A stretch of DNA of 64,000 bases from the human T2T-CHM13v2.0 reference genome, Homo sapiens: the NCBI RefSeq assembly GCF_009914755.1, contig NC_060931.1; one strand, written 5' to 3'. The notes under the pieces were generated by a model that ran no database searches, was not told the DNA's origin, and worked only from the letters and a program-made list of their open reading frames with translations. The translations under genes were made by a program, and so were the position numbers. Every line of letters starts with the position of its first letter. The first letter of the stretch is position 1. Below are positions 1 through 14,526 of the stretch, piece by piece.

Positions 1-1853
<1,853 letters not shown>

Positions 1854-2084
1854 CTAGTGTTTTGAGTTCCTTTCCCAGCCCTGGCGGATCCTTGTAAGGG
1901 TGTTGTCTACACATGGCATGATTAGGACAAACTTGATCACCAGCACAGTGCAAGGAATGATAAGCCCTAACACGTAGGCTGCAGGAAGATACCATCTGAG
2001 ATTTGAAGGGCTGAGGAATCTCTTCCCACCGTACACCAGGGTGTGGGCTGTACACAAGATCAGGGTCAAATAACCCAGTTTGGA
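1854..2084 (-). CDS. STEAP4: STEAP4 last coding exon (aa 384-459, SKLGYL...ERNSKH*, contains heme ligand His397)
   Basis: AG acceptor at 2086-2085 after a pyrimidine tract; TAG at 1856-1854; 231 nt; translation matches the STEAP4 C-terminus. Confidence 0.98.
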
Positions 2085-2724
2085 CTATAAACAAGAAACA
2101 AAAATATGTAAGTTAACATTATTTACATCTTAAAGTGAAACACTCTAAGCCAGTGACAGATATTTGTCAACAACCACAAACATTTGAGACCTATAATGTT
2201 TAGGACACTTTGCCAAGTACTGAAAAAAAGCACTAACCCTTCTTCAGGATGGTAAATACTTCATTTAAAACAAGATTATTTCTTACAAATGACATAGTAG
2301 CTTCACCTTAACCTAGCTGGATGGAAAAGTTTCCCAGGAGTAAACTCTTCCAAGTTAGAATAAATAATGTAGCTTGTCTTGGTTCCCAAAGGTGAAACTC
2401 TTTTATTTATCATCTTTTCTAGAGGTCAGAGATGAATATGACACAGTATGACCTCAAGAAGCACCATCTTAGTATATGTTACTGACTAAAACCAGATCCT
2501 AGCTCATTTCTATCACAATAAAGAGCAATAGCCAATCTTGTTTCAGCCTACATTTTAAAGCTTATTGTTTATTTCTGCCTTAATACCTTGAACAAAACTG
2601 CTAATGAGAACATGTTGACTGCATTTGGTCCCTGGGAGAAATTGCAAGACTTAAGATTCCAATAGTTCTATAAAATTCTAATCTAATTTTAAAGACTAAT
2701 GCTCTTTTCTATTATACTCATAAT

Positions 2725-2888
2725 AAGCATGCATCAGAATCATCTTGAAGGCTCATTAAATTTCTGGGCCACAGGTTCAGAGTTTCTGATTCAGTAGGCC
2801 TGGGCATGGCCTGGGGCTTTGTGTATCTAACAAGTTTCCAGGTGATGCAGATGCTGCTGGTCCTGGTGCCATATTTTGAGGACCACTG
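2725..2888. mobile_element. MER5A-like hAT-Charlie DNA transposon fossil
   Basis: catcagaatca...tctgattcagtagg...aacaagtttccaggtgatgc...gaggaccactg. Confidence 0.75.
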
Positions 2889-3370
2889 GTCTACAAGAAT
2901 GTGTAGTTACTAACTGCCTTTAAAGAGGGGTTGGTTGGTGCTTGACATGTGGAAGAAAACAATTTTCCCTCTTACAGAAGAGCATTAAGTCTTCCGGTGT
3001 GATGACATCTATCAAATCTTGCTGTGAAGATTTTAAACTTTATCTCAACATCTGGTTTTCCATATCTGTATGTCCATGTTGTAAGGTTAATTTTTTAGAT
3101 GGTGAAATTTTGTCTTGGGGTTTCTTTTTGCCTTGTACCTAGTACATCTCCACACATAAATTGTAATAGTTCTTAGTATTTTTCACCCTATAGTCTTAGC
3201 TGTAGATATGGAGGCAGTCAGGAATCTTGGCGAGTATTAAGAAATCAAATCATTATGGATTCTGCCTTTTGTACCTGGGTTCAACATTTTCTAATTTGAA
3301 TTTTTAAATATGATTGCTAGGGAAGTGATGGAGCAAAATGAAAAGTTAGGAATGAACTTGAAGTTCTTAC

Positions 3371-3535
3371 CTGGACAAATCGGAACTCTCTCCAGTTGAC
3401 TGCATTGCTAACAGATGGCAAAGAAGTGATTCCCAAGAGTACAAACAGAAAAAACCCAAGTATTCCCAAAGCCACATATGAATCACTGAGCCAGGCTGAG
3501 GAGGTGCTAAATGGATTCTCCTTCTTGAGTATTGC
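3371..3535 (-). CDS. STEAP4: STEAP4 coding exon (aa 329-383, AILKKENPF...REFRFVQ)
   Basis: AG at 3537-3536 and GTAAG donor from 3370; 165 nt, in frame with its neighbours. The correct frame is not in the ORF track and was read by hand. Confidence 0.97.
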
Positions 3536-4515
3536 CTAAGAAAAATTATAAGCAATTACAAAACTACATTTTTACAAACTACATTTTACAAACTGCCCAC
3601 ACTTTGACAGTGGGCACAAATTATTTGCTCAAAGCAAATTGTATGGCATTTCTTAAAAATTATTTTAAAATAACTTTAGTGAAAAATACACTTAGAAATT
3701 ATATTTTTTGGCAAAAAAAGTAATTGGTTCTGTTTGGACTTGATTCTAGGAGTTGTGTAGAAAGTTTCGATTTTCCCTGTAAATTCTAAAAGACAGTAAA
3801 CACTCACTTAAACCTTCATTACCATCTGCATTTTGTTCCCCAAGCAAAACTTGATGTTCTCAAACAATTACATCAGAATTCTGTTTTTCTGCTTTATATG
3901 TGGATTACTCACACTCTCAAAGTGGGTTCTTTCATGTTTATTATACATGATAATAAATACATCATAATATAATACATCAGTCTTGCACCACAAGTTGAGA
4001 GGAATCAGACACTTGTAGTGTGACTCTTACCCAGGAAACTTACATGTATTTGTTGGGAAAATAATGTAGAGAAACCCATAGAAGCATCATTAATGACTAA
4101 CTAATAATTTTTGAGACTGAAGTAAGATCTATCAAAACTAGCTATTTCTAAACTAGAACTGACTTATAGCACTTCCTCTGAGAATGTCTTAAAACTCCTT
4201 CAGCTGATTCTCACTGAATCTTTTGATTATGCATAAGACAATATTTGATATTTGCTCAGAATTATTTGGTTTTCTAGTTATTGAGGTCAACTTCCCCCAA
4301 GTCAAACATTAAGGGAATTATAAGCGCTCTTTTGTGAATTTGTTTGCTTTAGTGTGGCACATATTTGGTTAGCCCTCTTACTTAAAAGATGGTTGGTTTT
4401 GACTTCCAAAAGGAAGTAACATGCCTAAGAATAGAAGCTTGAAAACACACTAGTTAACATTTGACTGCCAACCAAAGGAATTCAAGTAGGTGTCTTTAGG
4501 TTTCTTGAGCCATGA

Positions 4516-4901
<386 letters not shown>

Positions 4902-5096
4902 AAACTTTTATTCTTAATAGTTGTATGAGATCTAAACTGGATTCATTTTAAAAAACTGACATGACATTTCTAATTCTAGTTACTTTAAAAAAGAAGATGC
5001 TTAGAAGAGTGACTTTCTATAATTATGAAATGGAATATGATATAGCAATAGTCTCTGATTTCAGGAGCAGAAGAAAATATATAAGAAGAGATTTAC

Positions 5097-5624
5097 CTGG
5101 GTAACGGTTAAGTTTCCCAATCTCCATCGTACATAATATCGAATAGGAATCACAAGTGTGTAGAGGACATGAAGGAAGGCAAATCCCAGAGCTACCAAGC
5201 CAAGCTGCTTTCGGCAAAGCATCCAGTGGTCAAGCCAGTCTGGGAATCGACGGTATTTTGTGCCTCGGTACAGTTGTAGAATGGCAGCAATAACACCAGG
5301 GAGGTAAACCAAAGCAAGCAGTGTAAGTGCTGTTATTGGAAAGATACGATTTGGAATGGAAATAGCCATACGAAATGTATTATCTTTCTTTTCATAAACA
5401 TAAGGGTAGATTACGTCTCTTATAACACAATAGAAAAACAAGAAGACACACAGCACAGCAGACAAATAGAAGGGGAACCTCCACATTGGAAATAGCTGCA
5501 GGGGGTACTTTTCAATTTCTTTGGCTGCCATGAGTGATCCTTGATCCATTGGAGTAAGTCCAAGATTACGAACAATATCCATCACTCTTTGCTTGGCTTT
5601 GCTGTCATTTCCACACACAAACAC
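5097..5624 (-). CDS. STEAP4: STEAP4 coding exon (aa 153-328; end of oxidoreductase domain, TM helices, heme ligand His304, N323 sequon NLT)
   Basis: ORF 5061..5624; AG at 5626-5625 and GTAAAT donor from 5096; 528 nt; contains the STEAP motif [20 protein letters not shown]. Confidence 0.98.
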
Positions 5625-6269
5625 CTAGTTTAAAAACAGTTAATTAATTCTGTATTTACTCCTTTTCCTTATTTAATAATTATTTTGAAAGGCTACAACA
5701 GCACCATGCCAAATGATGACATAAAACAGTGAACCGATTTTAAAATAAGGATGTAGAATTAACATATGTAACAAGATGTTTTAAACTTGTATGTGGTGTC
5801 TTAGATAGGTAAGTACCAGGGTTTTTAGTTGATGATGGTTTTAGGCACATCACACTTATATAAGACATGGTTCTCCACACTGTGAGTAGTTTGATCTTCT
5901 GTGTTTGTGGTGCCGCATCACTTATGAATGCTTCTAATCTCAGTGTATAAATGGAACCAGTTTCATACAAGGTAATGGAAGCAGAAAAGGATATTCACCA
6001 AGTATTAGTTTCTAGTACTGACAAGAAGCCTCCAGAGGCTGACACCATGGGGTTCCATCAAACTAAAATCTGAGGGTGCAGACAGTGGGAGATATAACAG
6101 TTGACCACCTTATTTGGTCAAGCTCAAGAAAATTATTCACAGCACATATTAGCAAAATGTAATATTTAGTGGGCATTTCATCTTGGAATTATATTTTGGA
6201 ATCTTTGAGGCAAGTGCACATTTAATGATTCATGTTTTAAAGATTGAGTGTAAATTTGTTTATTCTTAC

Positions 6270-6725
6270 CTGCCGACTTGCATCCAGTGCTCCTGACTGG
6301 AGAGCCCAGGCTGAGATGGTGTTAAATGCTTTTACCACGTGGGCTCCTGGCACCAAATGAGTAAGGTACTCTGCATTAGATTCTGGATATTGATTGATTT
6401 TGAGGTTGTTGCTGATGTCTACCAATATTTTTCCATTGAGAACCTCAGTTAATTCTGTGAGAAAATCATAATGCTCTCTGTGGATTGCTATGATTATGAT
6501 GTCAGACTTCTTGGCTGCTTCTGAATAGCTCAAGACTTCTGCACCACTGGGCAGTAGGGTGGTCTTCTGGGGGTTTCGACTTCCAAAAACAACAGAATAA
6601 CCACACTGGAGCATTTTCAATCCCAGTGATCTTCCAAAATCACCAGTTCCAAAAATACATACAGTCTCTTGCTTTTCTGAAGAATTCATAGTAAGAGGAA
6701 GTGCATCTATACAAGTTTTCTCCAT
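6270..6725 (-). CDS. STEAP4: STEAP4 first coding exon (aa 1-152; Rossmann-fold NADPH oxidoreductase domain, GTGDFG motif); exon spans 6727-6270
   Basis: ORF 6237..6803 contains [10 protein letters not shown]...; AG acceptor at 6729-6728, then TT, then ATG at 6725; GTAAGA donor from 6269. The four exons sum to 459 codons plus stop. Confidence 0.98.
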
Positions 6726-6844
6726 AACTGAAAAATAATAACACAAATGCCCAACAAAATATAAATGCTCTGTGCCTGGAAAATTAAAGAGAGCTATATT
6801 CAAGAAGTAATGTAATTGACTTGTTGTAATCTAATTATCTTAAC

Positions 6845-6929
6845 TATATTTACCCCCAAATTTGGAAGGAGTAAAAATTGTCATATATATTTCCCCCCAA
6901 ATTTGGAAGGAGTAAAAATTGTCATATAT
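6845..6929. repeat. 41-bp tandem duplication (2 copies, 1 mismatch)
   Basis: tatattt(a/c)cccccaaatttggaaggagtaaaaattgtcata at 6845 and 6886. Confidence 0.9.
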
Positions 6930-7970
6930 CTTTTCATATGTGTCTTATTTAACAAAATCACTGGTGAAAAGCTTCTGTTTGATAAAAGGATACAGGGCAA
7001 AATCTGACAAAAAATATGCTCCAATAAATTATAGATAAATTCACTTGTTTAGTGATACCAAAAAAAACTAAATAAAACATTAGCAAACACAATCCAGCAG
7101 CTTGTTAATAGAAGGTTTATGTTGATCAAATGGGGATTATTCTACAAATGTGAAGATTAGTTCTATAAATTCAATTTTTGAAACTTCATTAATATAACTT
7201 AAAAGATTAAAATTTAATTTTATATTAAAAGATTTAAGGAAAAAGTCTGTCATATCTGTGTATGTTAAAAGGACATCTGTTAAAATTCAACATTTATTCT
7301 TGATTCATAGTGAAAGAGAAATACATAGATATTTCCTTAACATATAAAAATTATTGATCTTAACCTAAAATTCAGCATTATGCCTAAAAACATTAGTAGA
7401 AACATTTCCAACAAAGTCAGGAACCAGACAAATACATCTGCTATGACCACTTTAGTTATTGTTCTGAAAGCTCTAACATAACTAGATCAGAGAAAGAAAT
7501 CAGAGGTACAGAAATTCAAAAGGGATTCCAGATGATCGAACTAGATCAAACTTTAAAAACTGGGAAAATCAACCAAAAAAGTATCATACATACAAAAATA
7601 ATTCAACATCTAGGCTGGGAACTCGATTAAAATAAATATTCTTCATATATTAAAAAAGAAACCAGTAAGAAGATTTAATACATGAAAGGATCCTACTTAT
7701 AGCTGCAACAAAATAAAGACAATATGTAACAAGATAGCAAGATATGTGCAACATATATATGAAAAATATTTTAAATGCTCTTAAGAATCAGGAGAAGAGA
7801 ACTTATATAAATGAAAATGTACAGCATGTTCTTGGATGGCAAGGCTCACACGACGTCAGTTTTCCCTAATTCCATAAATTCTGAAAAGTAGGTTAATAAA
7901 TGGGATGCTAGTCATATTAAATATTAAAATTTTTATAAAGCTAAAATAATTAAATAATGTGGTACTATCA

Positions 7971-8254
<284 letters not shown>

Positions 8255-9019
8255 GTAGACAAATTTTAATGAATAAGTTTTAAAAAAATTCAGAAATGGA
8301 CCCAAACACATATGATAAAAATAGCATCTCAGGTCAATGAGAAAACAGATTATTTAATAGCTAATATTGTAATGACCCAACAGGTTTGCCTTGCCTGCTA
8401 CCTAGACAGAGCTGATTTCTTCATATGAAAGAACATTTCAGCTCTTTATGAGAGTCCCGAAAGTTTTTTCCTTTATTTTAATGTCATAATCTCCAAGGTT
8501 ATCAGAAACTTGCATTCAAGAGCACCTGTCAAAGTTTTATAGCTGATTATAAAACCATCTCCTAAAGAGGACGAAATCAAGACAACAATTGTCTGCAGAT
8601 GACAGAAATGTTTTAGGGAAGCCGCAGTCAAAGAAATTGACAAGGAAATTTGTTACCTCTGTGGCACACAAAAATTCAACATAACAATTATAATTATTAC
8701 TGATAACATATACTGAGGCATATTAGAATTATAGAAATCTTATACAATTTTATAACACATACTAATAACATATTTATATGAGTATAACTCAAAGAAAGTT
8801 AAACACCATTTTATATTTGACAATGTTTCCTGCATGATTTTAATACATTAAATAAGCCTAATATATCTTTTTGAACTTCAGGATATCTAATTTTTTTTTT
8901 TAAACTTATAATTTGATCTTGGAAGGTTTGTCAAATATCAAAGATTTAAAACACTGGATATCACAAAATAGAGTCCCGTGTCACCATAAGTCATTCATTT
9001 ACTCAAAATGATAACTCAG

Positions 9020-9163
9020 GGCTGGGCATGGAGGCGCACGCCTATAGTCCCAGCTACTCTGAGGCTGAGGCATGAGAATTGCTTGAACTTGGGAGGTGGA
9101 GATTGTAGTGAGCTGAGATTGCACCACTGCACTCCAGCCTGGGCAACAGAGTGAGACTCTGTC
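9020..9163 (+). mobile_element. Alu right-monomer/FRAM-like fragment lacking an A tail
   Basis: Single Alu arm ending ...gagactctgtc and running directly into ERV sequence. Confidence 0.85.
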
Positions 9164-9217
9164 CCCTGCCCCCAGAAAACTGCTGTGAGCAATTCCTTCA
9201 GGGCCCTCCATACATAT

Positions 9218-9219
<2 letters not shown>

Positions 9220-9254
<35 letters not shown>
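9220..9254. repeat. (CA)n microsatellite
   Basis: Direct read. Confidence 0.95.
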
Positions 9255-9258
<4 letters not shown>

Positions 9259-9824
9259 ATGTAAGATGAACAGAAGGCCTTCAAGACACAGATTCCAGAC
9301 CCAGTCTCAAACCAAGAGTAGTCCTCCAAACAAGTTCCTTAGTCTCCATCCAATTAGACAACCCCTAATGGGGCTACAGACAGACACTCTGTAATGGGGC
9401 TACAGCTACAGACACCTTGTAATGGAGCTACAGGCAGATACCTTGTGATAGGGCTACAGACAGACACCCTGGGAGGTTACTAAGAGACAGCAGCACCTCC
9501 AGAGAGGCCAATAAATCAGGAGAAGGAAGGGGCTGTTGGTAGCTGCCTGGAATACTCACCAAATCAGACACCTTGCATTGAGGCTACAGCTACAGACACC
9601 CAGTGATGAGGCTACAGTTATGAGATATCTCCCTAGCATTACTTCTCCACTGCAATTGAATCCATGCACATTGGGTCAGCAGCACCCCACTGGCAGAGAG
9701 TGCCAGAGTCAGCCCCTAGTCCAAGAGAACTAGGTGGCCACTTGGGTTGGCCTCCAGATCCATCACCAGAGGTGGGCTACAGAGCAGGTAACAACAAAGG
9801 CAATCCTGGTCGAGCCCCCAAATT

Positions 9825-10517
9825 TGTAACTGCCCAATGGATTCACCTTGCCTGCTGCCTAGACAGAGCCAATTTATCATGACAGGGGGATTGCAATGGA
9901 GAAGGAGTAATTCAGGCAGAGCTGGCTGTATGGGAGACACGAGTATTATTATTACACAAATCAGTTTCCCAGAGCACGAAGATCAGAGTTCTTAAAGATA
10001 ATTTAAATTAAAATAGGAGCTCGAAAGTGGGAAGTGCTGATTGGTCAGGTTGGAGATAGAATTATAGAGGGGATCGCAGAAGTGGTTAAGCCAGATTACC
10101 AATCTGGGTGGTGTCAGCTGATCCATCCAGTGCAGGGTCTGCAAAATATCTCAAGCACTGATCTTAGGTTTTATAATAGTAATGCTATCCATAGGAGCAA
10201 TCTGGGGAAGGTCAGACTCTTGTAGCCAGAGGCTGCATGACCCCTAAAATGTAATATCTAATCCTGTAGTTAATCTGTTAGTCCTACAAAGGCAGACTGG
10301 TCCCCAGGCAAGAAGTGGGTCTTTTTGGGAAAAGGGACATTATCAATTTTGTTTCAGAGCCAAACCATAAACTAAATTCCTTCCCAAGGTTAGTTCTGCC
10401 TGCAACCAGGAATGAACAAGGACAGCTTAAAGGTTAGAAGCCAGATGGAGTCAGTTAGTTCTGATCTCTTTCACTGTCATAATTTCTTCAGTTAGAATTT
10501 TTGCAAAGGTGGTTTCA
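9825..10517 (-). mobile_element. LTR8 (ERV1) 5' LTR, same orientation as STEAP4
   Basis: Minus strand begins TGAAACCACCTTTGCAAAAA and ends GGGCAGTTACA; matches recalled LTR8 consensus; followed by a PBS. Confidence 0.88.
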
Positions 10518-10610
10518 ACGTTGGGGCAACTCAAGAGTTACCTGAAAGAAAAAAATAAATTTATACCTTATACTCCACCCCAAGGTAAATTCAAAATAAA
10601 TTAAAGATTT

Positions 10611-10911
<301 letters not shown>

Positions 10912-11495
10912 TAAAGATTTATTTTTAGAAAAATGAAACTAGAACAGAACTAGAAGAAACCATGGAACATTCTTTTATAATCTTAGAGGGGAAGGTCCTC
11001 TTCCTACATCATTAAACCATTAACAAATAGTTGGACAAATGTGATTGCATAAAAATAAATAACTTCTGCAATGCAAAACCGCTAAGCAATGTCATAATGA
11101 AGATAATCAACGAACTGGAAAAAATATTTTTCAACTCATATAAATCAATGAGAAAAAAACAATTGCCCATTAGAAAATTGGGCAAAGAATATGAGCTGAT
11201 AGTTTATCCTAAGGAAATATATAAAAGACTTCTAAACACAGTAAAATATTCTTAATATTACCCAAAACTAAAAAAAAATGCAAGTTAAAACTAAACTGAA
11301 ATACTGTTATGAACCATGTGGCTGTAGAATTTAAATAAAAAACAAACCAGTTTGTATGATCTCCTGCAATAATCTAGGTTGTTTTTTATACTTTTGAAGA
11401 ATATCTTTTCTTTCAGTATTGAATTTTTCTCAAAAATGTTTCTTTTCCAATATGTAGTTTAAGCTTTCAGTTAATCTTTTATTTTTTTTGGTGCA

Positions 11496-11546
11496 TGCAT
11501 GCGCGTGTGTGTGTGTGTGTGTGTATGTGTGTGTGTTTGTGTGTGT
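11496..11546. repeat. (TG)n / alternating purine-pyrimidine tract
   Basis: Direct read. Confidence 0.9.
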
Positions 11547-12830
11547 CTATTGTTCAATGATGTATCTTCAGTGCTCAGAAAAGCACTAACTACCACAGTC
11601 TAGGAAATTTATAAATATTCGTTGAACTATATTAAAAGGGTGGGATGAAGGGGCTGGAAGTACAAAAGTTTACTCTGTGTCCCAGGCACAGTGTGAGATA
11701 AATAAAAAGGAAGATGCTGAATGATTAAAGAGTAACCAATGGAGAAGAGTAAGAAAGAAGGAAAGAAGTGGAAGAGATGTTGTAAGGACATTATTTCTTT
11801 CACCCAAATGGGTTGAAAGTAAAACTCTGTGAATTTGATGCAGAATTTTCAAACCAGACTTAATCACTACTCAATTCTCCTATGGTGGATTTCATGCAGA
11901 TTGCACAGTGTATGTAGAGTTTGCACCTTTTTCCTGGGGTTTCAGAAATTTGTGCTTTCCATTTTAGCCTATCAAAAACACCTATATTCTTACCGGAGCT
12001 TATCTGAAGTTGCACGCCTCCATCAAAAGCAGAGCATTTAGGCCTTTGTAGGGAGGTAGAAGTTATGGGAGAAAGGGACAAGAAATACAGGACATTCCTG
12101 CACTCCCACAGAAACTCTGAATAATCTAATTAAGTACATCTGAATCATTTTATAAACAAACTGGCGACTGATATCCTGAATGGGTGTCATCAAAAGTCAT
12201 GACCACATGTGGGGAAGTACCTGTAGATGATCAGGGAACTTTGTATAAAAGTGCAGCTGTGCCTTTGAAAATTTCTTACTAGCATCTGCACATGCAGACT
12301 AGTTTAGCAATTTACCTTCTATTGGTTGATTGCCAATCAGTTAACACCTAGTTTTATAAATCAAACCTTCAAACTGCTGAACAATGCCTTCATTATTCTA
12401 CTGTAGAACTGGTTTGTGTCACAAAAGAATGTGTGACTGCCTATCTCCTCACTTAAAAAAATTATTTTATCCTAATATTTTTATTCTCTCTTTCATACTG
12501 GATGAACATTTGCAAGCAAAATGTAGATTTGATGCAGTTGCCAGTATCCTGTAATGAGATGGATTTTGTTAACTGAAATATTCTCATTTGGATTATCTTA
12601 ATCATTGCAAAGAGAGAGTGATTCCAGACCATTTTGACTATTTGGTCACTATATTCATTTATTCTAATCTTTCATAAATTTTTTAATGAAGATATTGACT
12701 TCATGGTCCTATTTTTTGCTTTGCCTCTTACCAGCAATGTCACCTTGAGAAAGTTACTCAAACTCTGTGTCTCAGTTTCATCATCTGTAAAATGAGGGAT
12801 TGCTAGTACCTACTTGAAAGATACTGCGAG

Positions 12831-13411
12831 TGAGGACAGCAAAAATCAGCTAATGACCACGAACAGGTACTGGAGACAAAAAACTCCGTATCTGAGGAAT
12901 TTAGAAGTATCATGAAGGGAGCAAAGAACACCTGGTGACCATCAACTAGGCCATCAGAGGCAAAACTCCGTATCGAGGGAATTTAGAAGTATTTAAAATT
13001 CTCTAGTATCTAAATAGGCATCTGGTTCCAGGCCTCTTTCAAAAAAATTTCTAAGTAACTAAAATTTCTATACATCTCCAGAACGCTATGCTGAAACTCA
13101 TTGTGCAACCCTTGCTGACACAAAGGCACCAAAATGACTATAAATGTCATCATTTATCATGACCTGTCTGGCTAATATGGTCCAAATTACCCTCAAGCTT
13201 CTGTCTTAAGGTCCATAAATGCTCCCAAGGAGAATCCACCATGGCCCACTCAGTTCTATCTTGCTAAGGCGCCCTGCTGCACTCTTCTGCAGTGTTCTTT
13301 CTTCTACTAAAACTTTCCTTTTTCAAACCTATTCTGTTGTTATTAAATTCTTCTTACCAACTCGCAAGTCGACCACTTTCAGATGCTAGGGCTCTCACAC
13401 CTCGCCCGGCA
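12831..13411 (+). mobile_element. Solo ERV1-type LTR (family uncertain, MER83/84-like)
   Basis: TG...CA ends, ~580 bp; internal duplicated aaaactccgtatc..ggaatttagaagta unit; CATAAA TATA-like box; agtga at both junctions. Confidence 0.7.
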
Positions 13412-13456
13412 GTGAAAATTAGATGAATTCCTGCATCTCAAAACAGTTCTTGAGAC
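13358..13456 (-). other. STEAP4: Candidate alternative 99-nt non-coding (5' UTR) exon of STEAP4
   Basis: Minus-strand acceptor ...ttttcttaaacacttacTAG (AG at 13458-13457) and donor TTG|GTAAGA (GT at 13357-13356). I recall an annotated STEAP4 variant with an extra 5' UTR exon but cannot verify this. Confidence 0.6.
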
Positions 13457-13669
13457 CTAGTAAGTGTTTAAGAAAATGGGTATTTTAAATAGATTGGTAA
13501 TCTATTAGTTATTGAATCAAGTATCTAATTAATGTAGCCTTTATATAAACTTTACAAATTAAGGGTTAATTATGCTTATATAACTATGATTATTATAAAT
13601 ATATAAAAAATATCTGAACTAGAGTGCAACGATTCTTAAGAATCTCCTACTTGTCCCACTTATTTCTTA

Positions 13670-13981
<312 letters not shown>

Positions 13982-14526
13982 TCAACCACAAGGGAGATCA
14001 AGTTGAGGGTGCATTTTGCATTAGGTACTATATAAAGAATGCTGCTACACCCTTTTCAGGCATCTTGAAACTCAAAATAGCTGTGTGTAAATATACGTTC
14101 ATGGAGGTTCCTTGTTCAAAGACTTAAAAAAGTTTTCTAGTCCTACTTTACTCTTATATCCAGGATAGAAATAATAAAGAAAATAATAAAAAAGGTAGTA
14201 AACAGGAAGAAGAGTTATTAAGGGAAACGTGGGTTAAAATAGTTAAAACACAACATAGGGGTTTCCTCTCCTTCCTTCAGTCTCATGGGCTCTCCACAAA
14301 CCTCAGTTATGTAACAGGAAATACAACAGAAATATTTCTGGGTTTGGAAAATCTGCAGGACTGGTTTTGCCTCTTATGGAATCATTTCCCAGAGATGACA
14401 GCCAAGATGGGTAAAGTGATCTCACAAGGGTGTTTACATAGATTAGGAATTAGCAATCAGTGACGCAGATACAAAGGTGGCAAAGATGACAATGAAGGCC
14501 ATGGTAGCAGCTGACTCTGAGAAACC

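Larger units (their letters stand above)
8368..9824 (-). mobile_element. ERV1 (MER4-group) internal remnant plus the terminal ~50 nt of the 3' LTR8; tRNA-Pro PBS at 9820-9803
   Basis: 8368-8419 repeats the LTR end seen at 9825-9875. TGGGGGCTCGACCAGGAT matches the Pro PBS at 16/18. Leader tandem repeats at 9366-9620. Confidence 0.8.
12715..13480 (+). mobile_element. MIR SINE split into two parts (~12715-12830 and ~13412-13480) by an LTR
   Basis: MIR core ctcagtttcatcatctgtaaaatgaggg, resuming as gtgaaaattagatga...tagtaagtgtttaagaaaatg. Confidence 0.7.

Noticed and set aside
6726-6803. N-terminal extension of STEAP4 suggested by the ORF track
   Set aside because: Sequence upstream of 6727 is intronic (AG at 6729-6728) and the listed start is TTG.
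9366-9620. Array of ~26-28 bp repeats (gggctacagacagacacc) superficially resembling a CRISPR or novel array
   Set aside because: Degenerate head-to-tail units without unique spacers, located in the ERV leader downstream of the PBS.
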